From Leucoraja erinacea (lineage: Eukaryota): 64,000 bases of DNA. The notes beneath the pieces are model-generated. The model worked only from the letters and a program-made list of their open reading frames with translations, had not been told where the DNA came from and ran no database searches. Where the stretch lies: the NCBI RefSeq assembly GCF_028641065.1, contig NC_073384.1, positions 72,168,001-72,232,000 on the forward strand, given 5' to 3'. Position 1 is the stretch's first letter, and every line of letters starts with the position of its first letter. Both the position numbers and the translations under genes were made by a program. This document shows, one piece after another, positions 1-12,325 of this stretch.

Positions 1-24
1 GGTGTTTGGGGATTGTTCTTTATT

Positions 25-668
25 TATTTATTTATTATTATTTTTTTTTTGTTTATTTTATTAGAAGTTAATACAGCACAAAACAGTACAGTGGTACCTA
101 ATTTTAGGTGCCAACTATGTAATACCGTAATCCATTCTATGTACAACCTCTAGTTTTATGTTATAAGAAGTAAGTAAGCAGGACAAGAAAAAGAAAACAA
201 TAGAAAGGGGAAAAAGTGGAAAACTAGATGGTAGAGAGTAGAAAAACGTGAAGTGTGTATATAAAAAATAAAAAAAGGAAGAGAGAAAGTGGAAAGTAGA
301 AATAGAAGAGAAGGCCCCTTAAAAGAGAATTTTTCAAATCTGTATTCGGAGATGTAGCTCTATCCGCGTCATGAACTGAAATCAGCAATCCTTACGGTAC
401 CGCTGCATCACATGATTCCAAAAAGTCGATGAAAGGAGACCAACTCCTTAAGAATTGGTCATATTTATCTATTAGTCGGAGTCTCATTTCTTCAAGGCGT
501 GCTATGTCCATCATATTCCTAATCCACATTTTAACAGTTGGTGTGGTTGCATTTTTCCAAAATTTAAGTATCAATTTCTTTCCAATTATTAACCCATAAT
601 TAAAAAAAACATTTTGATCTTTATTTAAATTGGTATCTTCTCCTATTATTCCAAATATAATCCATTCC
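25..668 (-). mobile_element. 5'-truncated L1/Tx1-clade LINE (ORF2 C-terminus and 3'UTR) inserted into a Tc1 transposase
   Basis: ORF 392-574 (KFWKNATTPTVKMW...WSPFIDFL) resembles L1/Tx1 ORF2 ends; A-rich tail at 25-60; TSD gttctttatt at 15-24 and 669-678. Confidence 0.75.
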
Positions 669-1249
669 GTTCTTTATTATAGAGAGAATTCTTCTGTCAT
701 CAGCTGTGGAGATCTTCCTTGGCCTGCCAGTCCCTTTGCGATTAGTAAGCTCACCAGTGCTCTCTTTCTTCTTAATGATGTTCCAAACAGTTGATTTTGT
801 TAAACTGAAGGTTTGGCTGATGTCTCTAACAGTTTTATTCTTGTTTCTCAGTCTCATAATGGCTTCTTTGACTTTCATTGGCACAACTTTGGTCCTCATG
901 TTGATAAACAGCAATAAAAGTTTCCAAAGGTGATTGAAAGCCTGGAGGAAAGACTAGGTGCTGAGAGTTCTCTTATACCTGCATTAAGGAGGCAATTAAA
1001 CACACCTGAGCAATTACAAACCCCTGTGAAGCCCTGTGTCCCAAACATTATGGTGCCCTGAAATGGGGGGGACTATGTATAAACACAGCTGTAATTTCTA
1101 CAAGGTGAAACCAAAATGTATAAAGATAGCCTTTATTAAAATCACTTTAACTACATGTGATTTTTCTCTCTTACAAATCTCAAATTGTGGAGGTCAGAGG
1201 CAAATAAATAAATGATGGGTCTTTGTCCCAAACATTGTGGAGGACACTG
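669..1249 (-). mobile_element. Tc1-family (IR/DR type) transposon: terminal repeat and transposase N-terminal HTH
   Basis: HTH-like translation ...RDISQTFSLTKSTVWNIIKK...GRPRKISTADDRRIL, continuing as KNNPQT at 1-24 across the LINE; terminus ...ggacactg|TA at 1249; inner direct repeat tgtcccaaacattatgg near 1037. Confidence 0.85.
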
Positions 1250-1803
1250 TATTAAAGTTTTAAAATATATTTGAGCAGGAACATGGATACGAAAGGTTTA
1301 GAATAATATGGGCCAAACGCAGGCAAATTGGACAGGCCGAGATGGGCCTGTATTCTTACTATATGACTATTAGTTTACTCATCCTGAAGCAAACTGCAGT
1401 GAATGCTGTAAATCCAATATAAAAAAGCTGTAAAAATCCAACACCTCCAACAATATTTCTAAAAGAAGCAGACATTTTCACATTTGAATGATCGATTGTA
1501 AATCTGCACTATTAACTTCATTGTTGGCAATTGACCCAAACAGGCATGAAACTCAGGAACAGAGCAAACAGCAGGGAGGGTTGTACCATGCGAACTAATG
1601 AAGCAGGCTCATGTTATATCAAATTTAATGATTGAAACTTAATTAATTTTGAAGGAAAGTAGGAAGGAAATGATATAAATATATTTATGGTAAAAATTTC
1701 AAGAGATGGAGGAGGAAAGAACATTCACAACTCTTTGATGGTGAAAATTCAAGAGTACGTTATATAAAAGGCTTATGGATGGACGGCTTTATAATTAGAG
1801 GTA

Positions 1804-2330
1804 CAGTAAACCCTCGTTATAACGGACCTTGGGGGGGTGTGGGGGGGAGGGATGGTGTCCATTATTGCTGCATTACAGCTATAACCGAATAAGGTATTAT
1901 CGCAGTATGTAATTGAAACAAAGTGGTGGTGGAGGAGAGGAAGAGGCGCGGAGTGGACATAGCGTGGGGAGGAGGAGGCAGAGGTGGAGGGAGGATCGGA
2001 GTGGTCAAAGCGACAGCAAAAGGAGGAGGAGGAGGTTTGCGGTGGCAGGAGCTGGTGGGAGGGGAGGGATCCACATTGCCACCAAGTGTGGCGGAGGGAG
2101 GCCTGAAGAAAGCGCCGTCCCCAGGGGCTACGACGTGAGCCGCAACAACAGCCACGTCAACTGGACCGTGCGGTGGGTGAAGAAGGGCTCGCTGGTGCAC
2201 CTTGCGAGCCAGGGGTGGTGTCGCAAGCCGGGACTGGGGAGGCTATGTGGGCCGGGGCGGCGTCGGCTGGTCCGTCTGCTGTATCAGACATACATTAAAA
2301 AGGGGTCCGTTAAAATAAAGTTGCAAAATA
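1804..2330. mobile_element. Probable Tigger/pogo-like non-autonomous DNA element with GC-rich interior
   Basis: TA|cagtaaaccctcgttataacggacc left end; only a partial inverted match (ggtccgtta) near 2304. Confidence 0.4.
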
Positions 2331-2584
2331 AAGCCATGTTAAACATTTATAACACATGCCCTTTGTGCACGGGCCAGGTCTCCACTCATGTACACACTGA
2401 ATGTCTATCTCAGTGGGAGAGCCGATACACACAGAGAGAGAGAAACCCAGCACCGCGAATCTCTGCTACAATGTAGGAAATAAAACGCAGAGTGGGTGAC
2501 ACTTCCTGGTTCAGTCCACGGGAATGAGCCTGACTTTCCCGTTCCCTACCACTCATCATCCCACACCCGCTGAGATCTTTCAAT

Positions 2585-2958
2585 TAGTGTTACAGGTTAG
2601 CTTATTGCCACGTGTACCGAGGTACAGTGAAAAGCTGCTGTTGTGTGCTATCCAGTCAGCAGCAAGACTAAAACATGATTACAATCGACCCATTTACAGT
2701 GCATGATAAGGGAATAACGTTTAGTGCAAGGTAAAGCCAGCAAAGTCCGATCAAGGATAATCCAAGGGTCACCAATGAGGTTCAGCACTGCTCTCTGGTT
2801 GTGGTAGGATGATTCAGATGCCTGATAACAGCTTGGAAGAAACTGTCCCTGAATCTGGAGGTGTGCGTTTTCACACTTTTATACCTTTTGCCTGATGAGG
2901 GAGGGGGAAGAGGAAGTGGCCAGGGTGCGACTCGTCCTTGATTATGCTGCTGGCCTTG
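2585..2958 (-). mobile_element. Rex1/Babar-type LINE 3' fragment
   Basis: Translation SGKRYKSVKTHTSRFRDSFFQAVIRHLN is typical of the Rex1 ORF end; same 3'UTR as 27520-27925. Confidence 0.75.
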
Positions 2959-3217
2959 AAGATATTGTATTAGTCTTTGTTCTCCTGCACACTCCTGCGG
3001 TGAAGCCCTGCGCATGTTTGAGAAGCAGCACCTCATATTCTGTCTGGGCGCATTGCAGCCTTCTGGACTTAATATTGAATTCAACAACTTTAGGAACTTT
3101 AGGCTCGTTGTTCATTACTCAGCCCAAGGATCATTCCTATCTTTGTCCGCCAACCAGCAACTGGTCGGATATTATCCCAACTTCATGGCGACTGGCTGAT
3201 GGAATCTTTGTGTGTCT

Positions 3218-3408
3218 GGACTATGTATAAACACTGCTGTAATTTCTACATGGTGAAACCAAAATGTATAAAAATGGCCTTTATTAAATTCTGACCATGT
3301 GCACTTTAACCACATGTGATTTTTTTCTATTACAAATCTCAAATTGTGGAGTACAGAGGCAAATAAATAAATGATGAGTCTTTGTCCCAAACATTATGGA
3401 GGGCACTG
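3218..3408. mobile_element. Solo Tc1 terminal inverted repeat
   Basis: Near-identical to 1070-1249 and to the ends of 60001-60268. Confidence 0.8.
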
Positions 3409-4304
3409 CATGTGGAACCACAGACTCTTCCCCAGAAGGGGCCAAAGGTAGCTGACGGGACAGGCACACGTGTATTTTACAGCTTACACTGGATGCTCCC
3501 GAGGCCCTCAAGATTCTCAGTACTGTTCCGAATATCTTTGCATGTTCATGGGCCAAGGGTTCCAGGAGTCACAGGGGTAGTTGCTCTTCTTCAAGGAAGC
3601 TTTCACCACATCTTCAAACCTTTTTCCCCAGTCTGTCGACTAATCTCTACCATTGTCAGAGTAGAATCTGATGGATGTGACTCGCCCCCATACTATGTGG
3701 CTCTACCACTGTGCAATATGGCATCAATTCAGAACATACTGTATCTGCCTGTTTCGTCAAGTCAGACTAACCTAGGTTCAACAGCACTGGGAGAAGCTCA
3801 AAACCTAATCAATCCACTGTGATAATTGGACAATTATGGTAATGGAACAAACAGCCCAACCCCTACATTGCCGCAACCCAACCCATCGTCTGCAAAAGGC
3901 AAATCTGATGCTCTCACTACCATGTGCAGTCAGAAGCTTCACTAAAATATTAAGTTTGTGCAAACTTAAATACAACATTTCAATGTTGTCTATTTAGTGT
4001 TTGTAACAAAGCCCGTCAAAGGAATGTACATTTCCGCAGCTTCCAGACTAAATAAGCTGCAGGTTGTAAACCACACGCTATGATTATGAGGATTCCTCGA
4101 CCTTTAAAGATGCAGTTGAGATTAAACAGGATGAAAATCAAATCTCTTCCCCCTTGCAGCTCATTCACCACTGACAGTCTTCACAGCTTTAGATTAATGG
4201 ACAGACTTCTAGTGCTCTGATAGTTAACATTTTTACAATTTTATAATTTTAGTTAGCAAGTATTCAGTTTCAGCGAACAGGCTCTGAAGAGTTTAACAAC
4301 TTAA

Positions 4305-4612
4305 TTTAGAGACAGTTTAGAGATACGACGTGGAAACGGGCCATTCAGCCCACCGAGTCCGTGTCGACCAGCGATCCCCGTACACACTAGCGTTATCCTC
4401 CACTCTAGGGACAATTCACTTTTTTTTTAACCAAGCCAATGAACCTACAAACCTGTACATCTTTGGAGTGTGTGAGGGAACTGGAGCACCCGGAGAAAAC
4501 ACATGCAGTACAGGGAGAACATACAAACTCCCTGCAGACACCAGCTGTAGTCAGGATCCAACCTGGATGTCTGGTGCTGTAAGGCAACACCACCACCACC
4601 ACTGCGCCACCC
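4305..4612 (-). mobile_element. HE1-like tRNA-derived V-SINE
   Basis: Reverse complement of the SINE at 57055: tRNA-like head, V-domain (gagtttgtatgttctccc), CR1-like tail. Confidence 0.85.
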
Positions 4613-5181
4613 TATTTTTTTCAATTGTTTGGGATAAACATTTTTAGGATTCTGCCTCAATTCTTTTTAATAGTCAGCATTTCAGCCATATGAAAGTCAA
4701 TGGACTGAATATCACAGCTGTTTCAAGAGTCTCCTACTTTAAGTGGGAACTCCAGAAAAGTTCACCTGTCCTAAATAGCCTGGGCATGTGTGGGAATGTT
4801 GCTAAATGCTCGAGCTTAAGCAACAAATTTCAGGATTGGAGAAATAGACTGAATCGCCCTCTGGGGTTAAAGTTTTCTAAAGTATATCGTCAGGGACAGT
4901 CACCCACTGCAATAGAAAAAACAACTGGTGATCATATAAGTGAATACCAGACAAATCATAAGGAAGACCTAGATATATTCAATTTTGAAAACAGGGTAGG
5001 CTCTCAACCACATGGGTGAGTCCAGGAGGAATCAAACTCCACACTCAGACAACAAGCTGAATGACTGCAACAAAGGTGACCACATAACTATTGACAAGGA
5101 TGTATACTTCTGTAACTGCAACTAGTCTCCTGAATATTCTGCCACAAGCCTGGTTCAGATGTAGGGGATTCTGCTGCAGAG

Positions 5182-5532
5182 GTGTCAGAAGGGTACCCTG
5201 CGCCCATGATGGAGGTCAGTGCGGCTGTTGATGAGGGCGCCGGTGGTCGAGGCCGGGCCACGTTGGAGTTGGAGAACGCGCCACTGGGAACAAAGGAGGA
5301 CCAGGCATGGGGGGGGATCGCGGTGAGGGGAACAAAGGAAGGCCTGGCGTTGGGGAACCACCGTGATGGGGGTGGGGGGGGGACGGAGAAAGAACATGGG
5401 TGGACCTTGCGCGGGTGTACTTTGTAACAATGTCAGCGCCCTTAATATGGCGATTATTGCATACCTTGATCATGCAAGCAACAAATTTCACTGTGACTTG
5501 TCCCATGTGACAATAACATATTCAATTCAATA
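5182..5532 (+). repeat. Unclassified retroposed repeat with a Rex1-like 3' tail
   Basis: G-rich body with internal gggaacaaagga repeats; tail aaatttcactgtgacttgtcccatgtgacaataa(attca)n. Confidence 0.4.
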
Positions 5533-5665
5533 GAAACAATGCCATAGAAGGTAAAAGCATGGAGTTCCACCTGCTTAACTTCAAGCGTTAAGCCAAACAT
5601 TAAAAGTGGTAATAAACTCAACCATTTCCTTTGCCACTTGCTAGTCAGGTGTAGAAGGGTTACAG

Positions 5666-5833
5666 TGTTCAAGAAGGAACTGCAGATGTTGGAAGATTGA
5701 AGGTACACAAAAATGCTGGAGAAACTCAGCGGGTTCAGACTGATGGTCTGAAGAAGGGTTTTGGCCCGAAACGTTGCCTATTTCCTTCGCTCCATAGATG
5801 CTGCTGCACCCGCTGAGTTTCTCCAGCATTTTT
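5666..5833. mobile_element. Short inverted PLE derivative with a hammerhead motif
   Basis: 17-bp TSD gtgtagaagggttacag (5649-5665, 5834-5850); inverted tail followed by ggtCTGAAGAagggttttggcccGAAAcgttgcc. Confidence 0.85.
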
Positions 5834-6082
5834 GTGTAGAAGGGTTACAGACTGTTCTGGGGAAAAGGGCACTGCACAGGATGAACACACTGCACCCAAA
5901 CACAACTGTGACTCTGAATGATCTTGCTGCGAGGTTAGTAAGTAGGGATTAAATTTTTATAGTAATGAAAGGGAAACTAGAAAACATCTGAATGGAGCAG
6001 CAATGAGAGAATTCAAATAAATATGTTAAAATCAGCGTAAATTTGATAAAATAATCTTTGCAGAAGACATTAAATGAATGCA

Positions 6083-6267
6083 AGATAGACAAAAATGCTG
6101 GAGAAACTCAGCGGGTGCAGCAGCATCTATGGAGCGAAGGAAATAGGCAACGTTTCGTACCGAAACGTTGCCTATTTCCTTCGCTCCATAGCTGCTGCTG
6201 CACCCGCTGAGTTTCTCCAGCATTTTTGTCTACCTTCGATTTTCCAGTATCTGCAGTTCCTTCTTAA
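6083..6267. mobile_element. Fold-back (palindromic) PLE derivative
   Basis: 16-bp TSD acattaaatgaatgca (6067-6082, 6268-6283); ~72-bp arms around a 3-nt loop at 6158-6160. Confidence 0.88.
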
Positions 6268-7169
6268 ACATTAAATGAATGCATGTTGGTACGTGCCACA
6301 TAAAACTGCCAACAAATTGCCATGCGGGATGCAACGTATTGACAAAAACATGGTTCAGACAAGCACAGGTTGTTAATATACCTGGTTAGGAAGCATCAAA
6401 GAATAATGGAGAAGTATAAAGAGGAGATTCATTGCATTGATTAGCGATGATATTACACAATTAAATAAAATGGATATCTGAGATGGGTTTAGGTTGGAAT
6501 GGGTTATTCAGGAAGAGCAGAGGAATGGAACTGGGCCAAGAGATTGGTGTTGAGATATAACTGTCCAATCTAATTTGTTAGCAAATTTCTACAAGGGACA
6601 AGTAAGGAAAGATCTACTTGTCATTCTCCCTGTGAACACTAATGATGTGAGTAGGAGTAGGATGAGGGTTTTGCAGAACAGCTTGAGGCAAAAGTGAAAA
6701 ACAGAACCACAAGATACTGATAATCTCTGAATATCAAAGTAGTTTTCAAACTGTCAGAGGATAAATGGTTTTTAAAACTGCTTAAAGATTGGCTCATCAA
6801 ATGGTATGTACAAGAGCTATATGTGACAACATATCCATGAAAAAATATATTTTAGAATTAGTTATTGGTAAAGAGAATTGTTGTATTGATACGGGCTTCA
6901 AATGAGACCATCCTCATCATTTATATAACAGGACAGGGGAGAAGAGAAGGCTTCTATTGAAAAGAAGTTTAATAAAAAACATTAAATGAGGCAGCAGTTG
7001 CAAATGATGGCAGAGAATAGGGTAGAAGATATAAACTAAATTGTGCGATAGAAAGTAAAGCCAAGATCATTCAAAGTTGTAAAAAGTCCAAATTTAAAGC
7101 TCTTTATCTGAGCATGGGCTAAGTTATGCCTCTGGTCCTCAGATGTTTCTTTAGGTAGAACTTAGAAAT

Positions 7170-8255
7170 AGAGAACATAGAACAAATCAGCACAGGTAAA
7201 ATGTTGTGCCGAACATGATTCCAAGCTAATCTGATCTCATCTACCTGCAGATGGTCCATATCCGTCTATTCCATGTCCATGTGACTATCTAAAAGCCTCT
7301 TAAACAGTACTATCATATCTGCCTCCACCATCACCCATGGCAATGCATTCCAGGTCCCCACTACTCACTGTATTAAACATTTTCCCCCCTCTCACCTAAT
7401 ACCTGTGCCTTCTAGTGTTGGACATGTTCATGCTGTCTACCGTATCTATGCCTCTCATCATTTGGTATACTGAAATCAAGTCACCCTTCAACCTCGGATG
7501 GTTCACAGAAAACAATCAAAGTCTATCCAACTTATTATTGTAGTGGAAACCCTGTATTCAGGCAGCATTCTGGTAAACCTCCTCTGCACCCTCTCCAAAG
7601 CTTCCATATCTTTCCTGTAATGAGGTGACCAGAACAGCACACAATACTCCAAATGTGGCCTAACCAAAGTCCTATGGATCTACATCATGACTTCCTGACT
7701 CTTATATTCAATGCCCCTAGCAATGAAAACAAGCATGTCATACCTCTTCTTTACCACTATCTACGTGCTACTGCCTTCAGTAAGCTATGAAGATCCCCGG
7801 CACATCACATACCGTTAAGGGTCTTGCCATTAACTGTATACTTTCCCCTGACATTCAACCTCCCAACGTGCAACACCTCACGCTTGCTCGAGTTAAACTC
7901 CATCTGCCATCTCTCCACCCATCTCTGCAGCCGATCTATATCCCACTGTATCTTCTGACAGCCTTCCACACTGTCTGCAACTCCTCCAATGTTGGTGTTG
8001 TCAGAAAACTTAAGGGCCTGGCCCACTTGGGCGTCATTTGCGCGTCATGAGATGGCGTGTCACTACGCACGTGTCACGATGCGCGCGTTGTGCGTCGTGA
8101 CGCGCAAATTACGCCCAAGTGGGACAGGCCCTTCACTCATCAATGCATCTACATTTACATCCGGGACAATTAGACATATCACAAACAGCAGGTCCAAGCA
8201 CAGATCCCTGTGGAACTCCACTGATCAAAGACCACCAGCCAGAACACCTACCTTA
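7170..8255 (-). mobile_element. CR1 (HER1-like) LINE 3' part
   Basis: KFSDNTNIGGVADSVEGCQKIQWDIDRLQRWVERWQMEFN; (ttctatg)n-type tail; interrupted by a MITE at 8013. Confidence 0.85.
8013..8132. mobile_element. 120-bp PIF/Harbinger-type MITE
   Basis: TIR agggcctg(g/t)cccacttgggcgt..., flanks tta/tca; inserted into CR1. Confidence 0.8.
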
Positions 8256-8425
8256 CACCACAATGTATGTCTACAATTATATATGGTGGTGTTTATTAGG
8301 CCTCATCTGGAATACCACATACAATTTTGATTTTCTTATTTAAGGGCTGATATGCTACCATTGGGGCCAATTGAGGAATGAATTCATTCCAAATATGCAA
8401 GGACTTTCCTATCAAGAAAGGCTAA

Positions 8426-8639
8426 AGTGCCTGTCCCACTTTCACAACCTTTCTTACTCGTGGACATTTTTCATCATGTTGAAAAATCGCCCCGACCTAC
8501 TTGATGCCACGAGTACCTACGACTAGCATCACAACCTACCTACGACCACCTATGACCTTGTGATGTCCATGCTGTAAGTATGAGAAATGGGCAAACTCAG
8601 CAGAGTCGTGAATTAGGTCATGAAAGTGGGACAGGCCCT
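8426..8639. mobile_element. PIF/Harbinger-type MITE inside a decayed plus-strand CR1
   Basis: TIR ag(t/g)gcctgtcccactttca; 3-bp TSD TAA on both sides. Confidence 0.82.
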
Positions 8640-9334
8640 TAAATAAAAGTTTGATCTGTACTCTTTGGAGTTTAGAAGAACAAGGGTGATCTTACTCAAA
8701 CATAAACAGTCCTAAAAAGACTTGACATTAAGATGTATTAAGATGTTTCCGCCAATGGGTAAGTCTCAAATAGAACATAAATAGCAGACACGAGATGGTC
8801 AGTTAAAGGAATGTATTTATGTAGAAGTTAATAATTTCTGAGAAGTTCTGAGGTTGTAAAGTGCCAAGAAAGAAGGCAAACTGTAAGTTGAAAGGAAATC
8901 TTCAAGTATAGTTTTTATAAACACTAGCGCTCTTCTTCTGCTATGAGGTCATGTTAACAAAGTTCTAGGCCATGACAGAAATACAAAACGGCTCTGATGT
9001 GCTGTTTTAAAGTGTTTAACATGAAAGAAAAATAGAAAAAAAAGAGAAATTTGGTCAATCAAACTGTCACTTGTGGATTTCTTGGATCATAAAATAAGGA
9101 AACTAGGACAAACTTTGGGAAATGAGGACAGAATGCATTGACTGTATAGAGTCAGAGAGAGGTGTCTGAGTGTGTGTAGTTAGGACCTCAACTGTACAGA
9201 ATAGGAAGGCCATAATGGAGTAGAACTATATTGTATATTTTAGGTCACTTCATTATATTAATTGTATGTTATAGCAATTTTATTCGTTCTAGTTTGTTCA
9301 GATTTTAAGTAAGTGTTTAAAAAAAAAACAATGT

Positions 9335-9612
9335 TTGATGCAGCAGGAGAGTTGCTGCTGCCTTGGAGACCCAGGTTCAATCTTGATCACAGGTGCTGTC
9401 TGCATGGAGTTTGTACGTTCCTCCTGTAACTTTGTGGTTTTCTCCAGGTGCTCTGGTTTCCTCACGCATTCCAAAGACGTGCAGGTATGTAGGTTAATTA
9501 ACTTCTGCAAATTGCCCCGTGTGTGTAGGATGTGGTTCGGTAGATTGTCAGTCATCGTGGACTCGGTGGGCTGAAGGGCCTGTTTCCACACTGCCTAGCT
9601 AAAAACTAAAAC
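9335..9612 (+). mobile_element. HE1-like V-SINE
   Basis: B-box-like ggttcaatc, V-domain, tail gggctgaagggcctgtttcc...ctaaa. Confidence 0.82.
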
Positions 9613-10225
9613 TACTGAGTCTGTGTTGGACCACGATAGTTGAGGGAGTCCGTGGGATGGTGGTGAAGACTCTATACTCGCCACTTACATAAAACATAGT
9701 GGAGAAGTCACAAACGAGAAGGAAAGAATCAGAGATAAACTAGATGAAAGAAAAAGCCGGGTAAACATTGGCAACCAAGGTGAACTAACTTTCAAGTTCT
9801 GTGCGAGAGCAGGAGATAACAGCCAGAATGTACCAGACAAAAAGATGAGGGAGTAGGCCGGGTTATCACCAAAACTGAATGTTCCACATTTCTCATAGAG
9901 AAACATAACACAACTGCATACATGTTCCTATAATAAAGTCTTTGATTTGATTGTGGAGTTTAACAAATGGATCTCATTTCTATTTCAGGACTTGCTGGAA
10001 CATCAGGTAAAGCATTATACATAAGGGTTATAAATTATTTGTTTCATCTAAAATTAAAAGCTCACTGAGGGATAGAGAAAATCTGTGAGAATTTCCTTGG
10101 GATGTTGCTGTGATCAGAAGAGTGCAATCCGCAGCAGCATTGCAAATACCCGAGTCCATGGTTGAGATTGGTTGGCCACTTCACCACTGTCAGTCTATTC
10201 CCTATAAAACCCAGACAGTCTAGCC

Positions 10226-10912
10226 CAGGGGTGGGGAACCTGCACCCGTCTAAGCCATTTAGTGCGGCCTTTTGAATTAATCCAAATTTTGTAGAACAAA
10301 GGTAGACAAAAGTGCTGGAGAAACTCAGTGGGTGCAGCAGCATCTATGGAGCGAAGGAAATTGACAACATAGAAACATAGAAATTAGGTGCAGGAGTAGG
10401 CCATTCGGCCCTTCGAGCCTGCACCGCCATTCAATATGATCATGGCTGATCATCCAACTCAGTATCCCGTACCTGCCTTCTCTCCATACCCCCTGATCCC
10501 CTTAGCCACAAGGGCCACATCTAACTCCCTCTTAAATATAGCCAATGAACTGGCCTCAACTACCCTCTGTGGCAGAGAGTTCCAGAGACAACGTTTTCGG
10601 GCCGAAAAACCCTTCTTCAGACTTGTCGAACAAATCTTTTTATTATTATTAATATGTTTTTGTTCATCTTTTATTATTTTATTTTAATCTTAAAATGAAC
10701 GTATTTAAAATACCAAAGAGCAAAAGAAGAGTCAACAAAATAATCCTCCCCGACTAACGGCCACGATTAAAACATTAGTAAGTCATGAGGGCTATTTTAA
10801 CAAAATAATGTACATTTTGAAGTGTATCTAATTGAAGTTTCTTGGATGCGGCCTTGTTAGATTACAGCTAACTTAATGCGGCCTTCCACCATGGAAAGGT
10901 TCCCCACCCCTG
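10226..10912. mobile_element. hAT (Charlie-like) non-autonomous transposon with nested PLE and CR1 fragments
   Basis: TIR caggggtggggaacct / aggttccccacccctg; perfect 8-bp TSD gtctagcc (10218-10225, 10913-10920). Confidence 0.9.
10368..10586 (-). mobile_element. Young CR1 3' end with (ctatgttt)n tail, inserted into a PLE hammerhead fragment (10301-10622)
   Basis: Nearly identical to 50980-51200; the PLE sequence resumes as gacaacgttttcgggccgaaaaacccttcttcagac. Confidence 0.85.
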
Positions 10913-11599
10913 GTCTAGCCAGAGGGGAGAGGAAGAAGAAAGGGAGATTAAAGTGCAGCACCTCCCTGCTAGTTGTGTTCCCTTGTTGCGGGTTTGAGGA
11001 AGACTGAGCCACTGGGACAAACCTGAGACCACCAGAACCACTGTGTGGTTAAGACTGGCCTGATGGTATAGAAGCCCTAGACAGCCACCACCTCTACCAC
11101 CTGTGATGGCAGAGCTGAATAATTCCCGTGATGCCAGAAAATTGAATAAATCACATGAGTTCACCCGACTGCGAGTGTCGGTGTGGTCAATGCCCACCCA
11201 GCTTTGTACCTGACGCCACGGAATATTATAATAAATATCAAATAAAGTCTGTAATATTTTACAAATGAAATAGATATAATGTTGCATTGGCAACACATGC
11301 AGCTTTTTTTTGATTTTATTAAAATTCTCTTCACGACTCCTACCTACCTCTAAAACCCACGTTTTTGTTTTTTTGTTTGGGTATTAAATGAATGATGCTC
11401 TTCTCAGAGCCAGATACTCACAATAAAGAGCAGCAGAAAGGCATTAAAGTTTGAATGAATACATTTTAGAAATAACATCAACTGTGAATAGTAATACTTT
11501 GCAGAGAAAGGACATCCTAAAACACACACGGTTAAATATCGCAGCATGAGAGGATGAGATGGTAATCGATGGAACGTTTGCTTTTATACCGACAGACTA

Positions 11600-11893
11600 T
11601 CTCCCCCCCCCACAATATTTGCACATCTCACAATCCTTTCCACTCGTCACTTTAATTTCATGTTTCATGTACCTTGTGTTTTATTATTTTTTATGTACCT
11701 TGTGTTTTATTATTTTTTTTAATTCAAATCGTTTGCTATGTCGCTCTTCAAGGGAGATGCTAAATGCATTTCGTTGTCTCTGTACTGTACACTGACAATG
11801 ACAATTAAATTGAATCTGAATCTGAATCTGAATGACTGTTGGCGGACCAATTTCCCTCCTGGGATGAATAAAGTTGTACCGTATCATATCATA
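11600..11893 (+). mobile_element. Two nested Rex1-type 3' tails
   Basis: 11705-11832 matches the tail at 49695-49827, ending (tctgaa)n; a second tail ends aataaagtt(gtatc)n-like. Confidence 0.6.
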
Positions 11894-11932
11894 ACATTCT
11901 ACAATACTAGAATAGAGCAAAGGTTAGTTTAC

Positions 11933-12173
11933 CTGGTACACCTGCTGGGGACAAGGTCCCAGACCTGGACTGGTTACTTCCAACAGGGGAGCCAACGGGA
12001 GAGGGAGAGGGCCCCCGTATGCCAGAGAGGTGAGGGGAGGCATGGGGCGAGAAGGGAGACTGAGCAGGATTACTCTGTTCTCCTTGGCCACTGGAGGATC
12101 CTGAAGCACTCACGCCAGAACTTAAAGTTCCTTCCGTCCCCGTTGGTAGGTCATCAATGGATCCAGACAAATC
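11933..12173 (-). CDS. ARID1B: Internal coding exon of ARID1B (SWI/SNF-BAF subunit), equivalent to human exon 5
   Basis: Minus strand: polypyrimidine acceptor ctttattttttcttttttgctag|GAT and donor GTACCAG|gtaaac; 241 bp (80 codons + 1). Translation [80 protein letters not shown](G) matches the recalled ARID1 segment; [20 protein letters not shown] and [10 protein letters not shown] are ARID1B-type rather than ARID1A-type. Confidence 0.93.
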
Positions 12174-12195
12174 CTAGCAAAAAAGAAAAAATAAA

Positions 12196-12325
12196 GTCAC
12201 AAGTCAAGTCAAGTCAAGTCAAGTTTATTTGTCACATACACATACGAGATGTGCAGTGAAATGAAAGTGGCAATGCTCGCAAAACAACAAAACACCAAAC
12301 AAATTATAAACACAATCATAACACC
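12196..12325 (-). mobile_element. LINE 3' tail (Rex1-like) ending in (acttg)n
   Basis: Minus strand ...catttcactgcacatctcgtatgtgtatgtgacaaataaa(cttga)n. Confidence 0.6.

Larger units (their letters stand above)
4740..7120 (+). mobile_element. Highly decayed, interrupted 5' part of an old CR1 LINE (ORF1 and start of ORF2)
   Basis: VNTNDVSR near 6632 resembles the esterase-type ORF1 motif VGTNDIGR; FKALYL near 7093 resembles the start of the ORF2 endonuclease. Confidence 0.35.

Noticed and set aside
1862-2476. Overlapping Gly/Pro/Arg-rich ORFs
   Set aside because: Low-complexity GGA-rich interior of a probable DNA transposon, open in several frames.
6083-6235. Long hairpin as a miRNA precursor or MITE
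   Set aside because: Arms derive from the PLE tail, the element is asymmetric and the TSD is 16 bp; no expression evidence.
9690-9860. Short plus-strand open frame (SGEVTNEKERIRDKLDERK...)
   Set aside because: No recognisable homology, no convincing splice sites, antisense to ARID1B.
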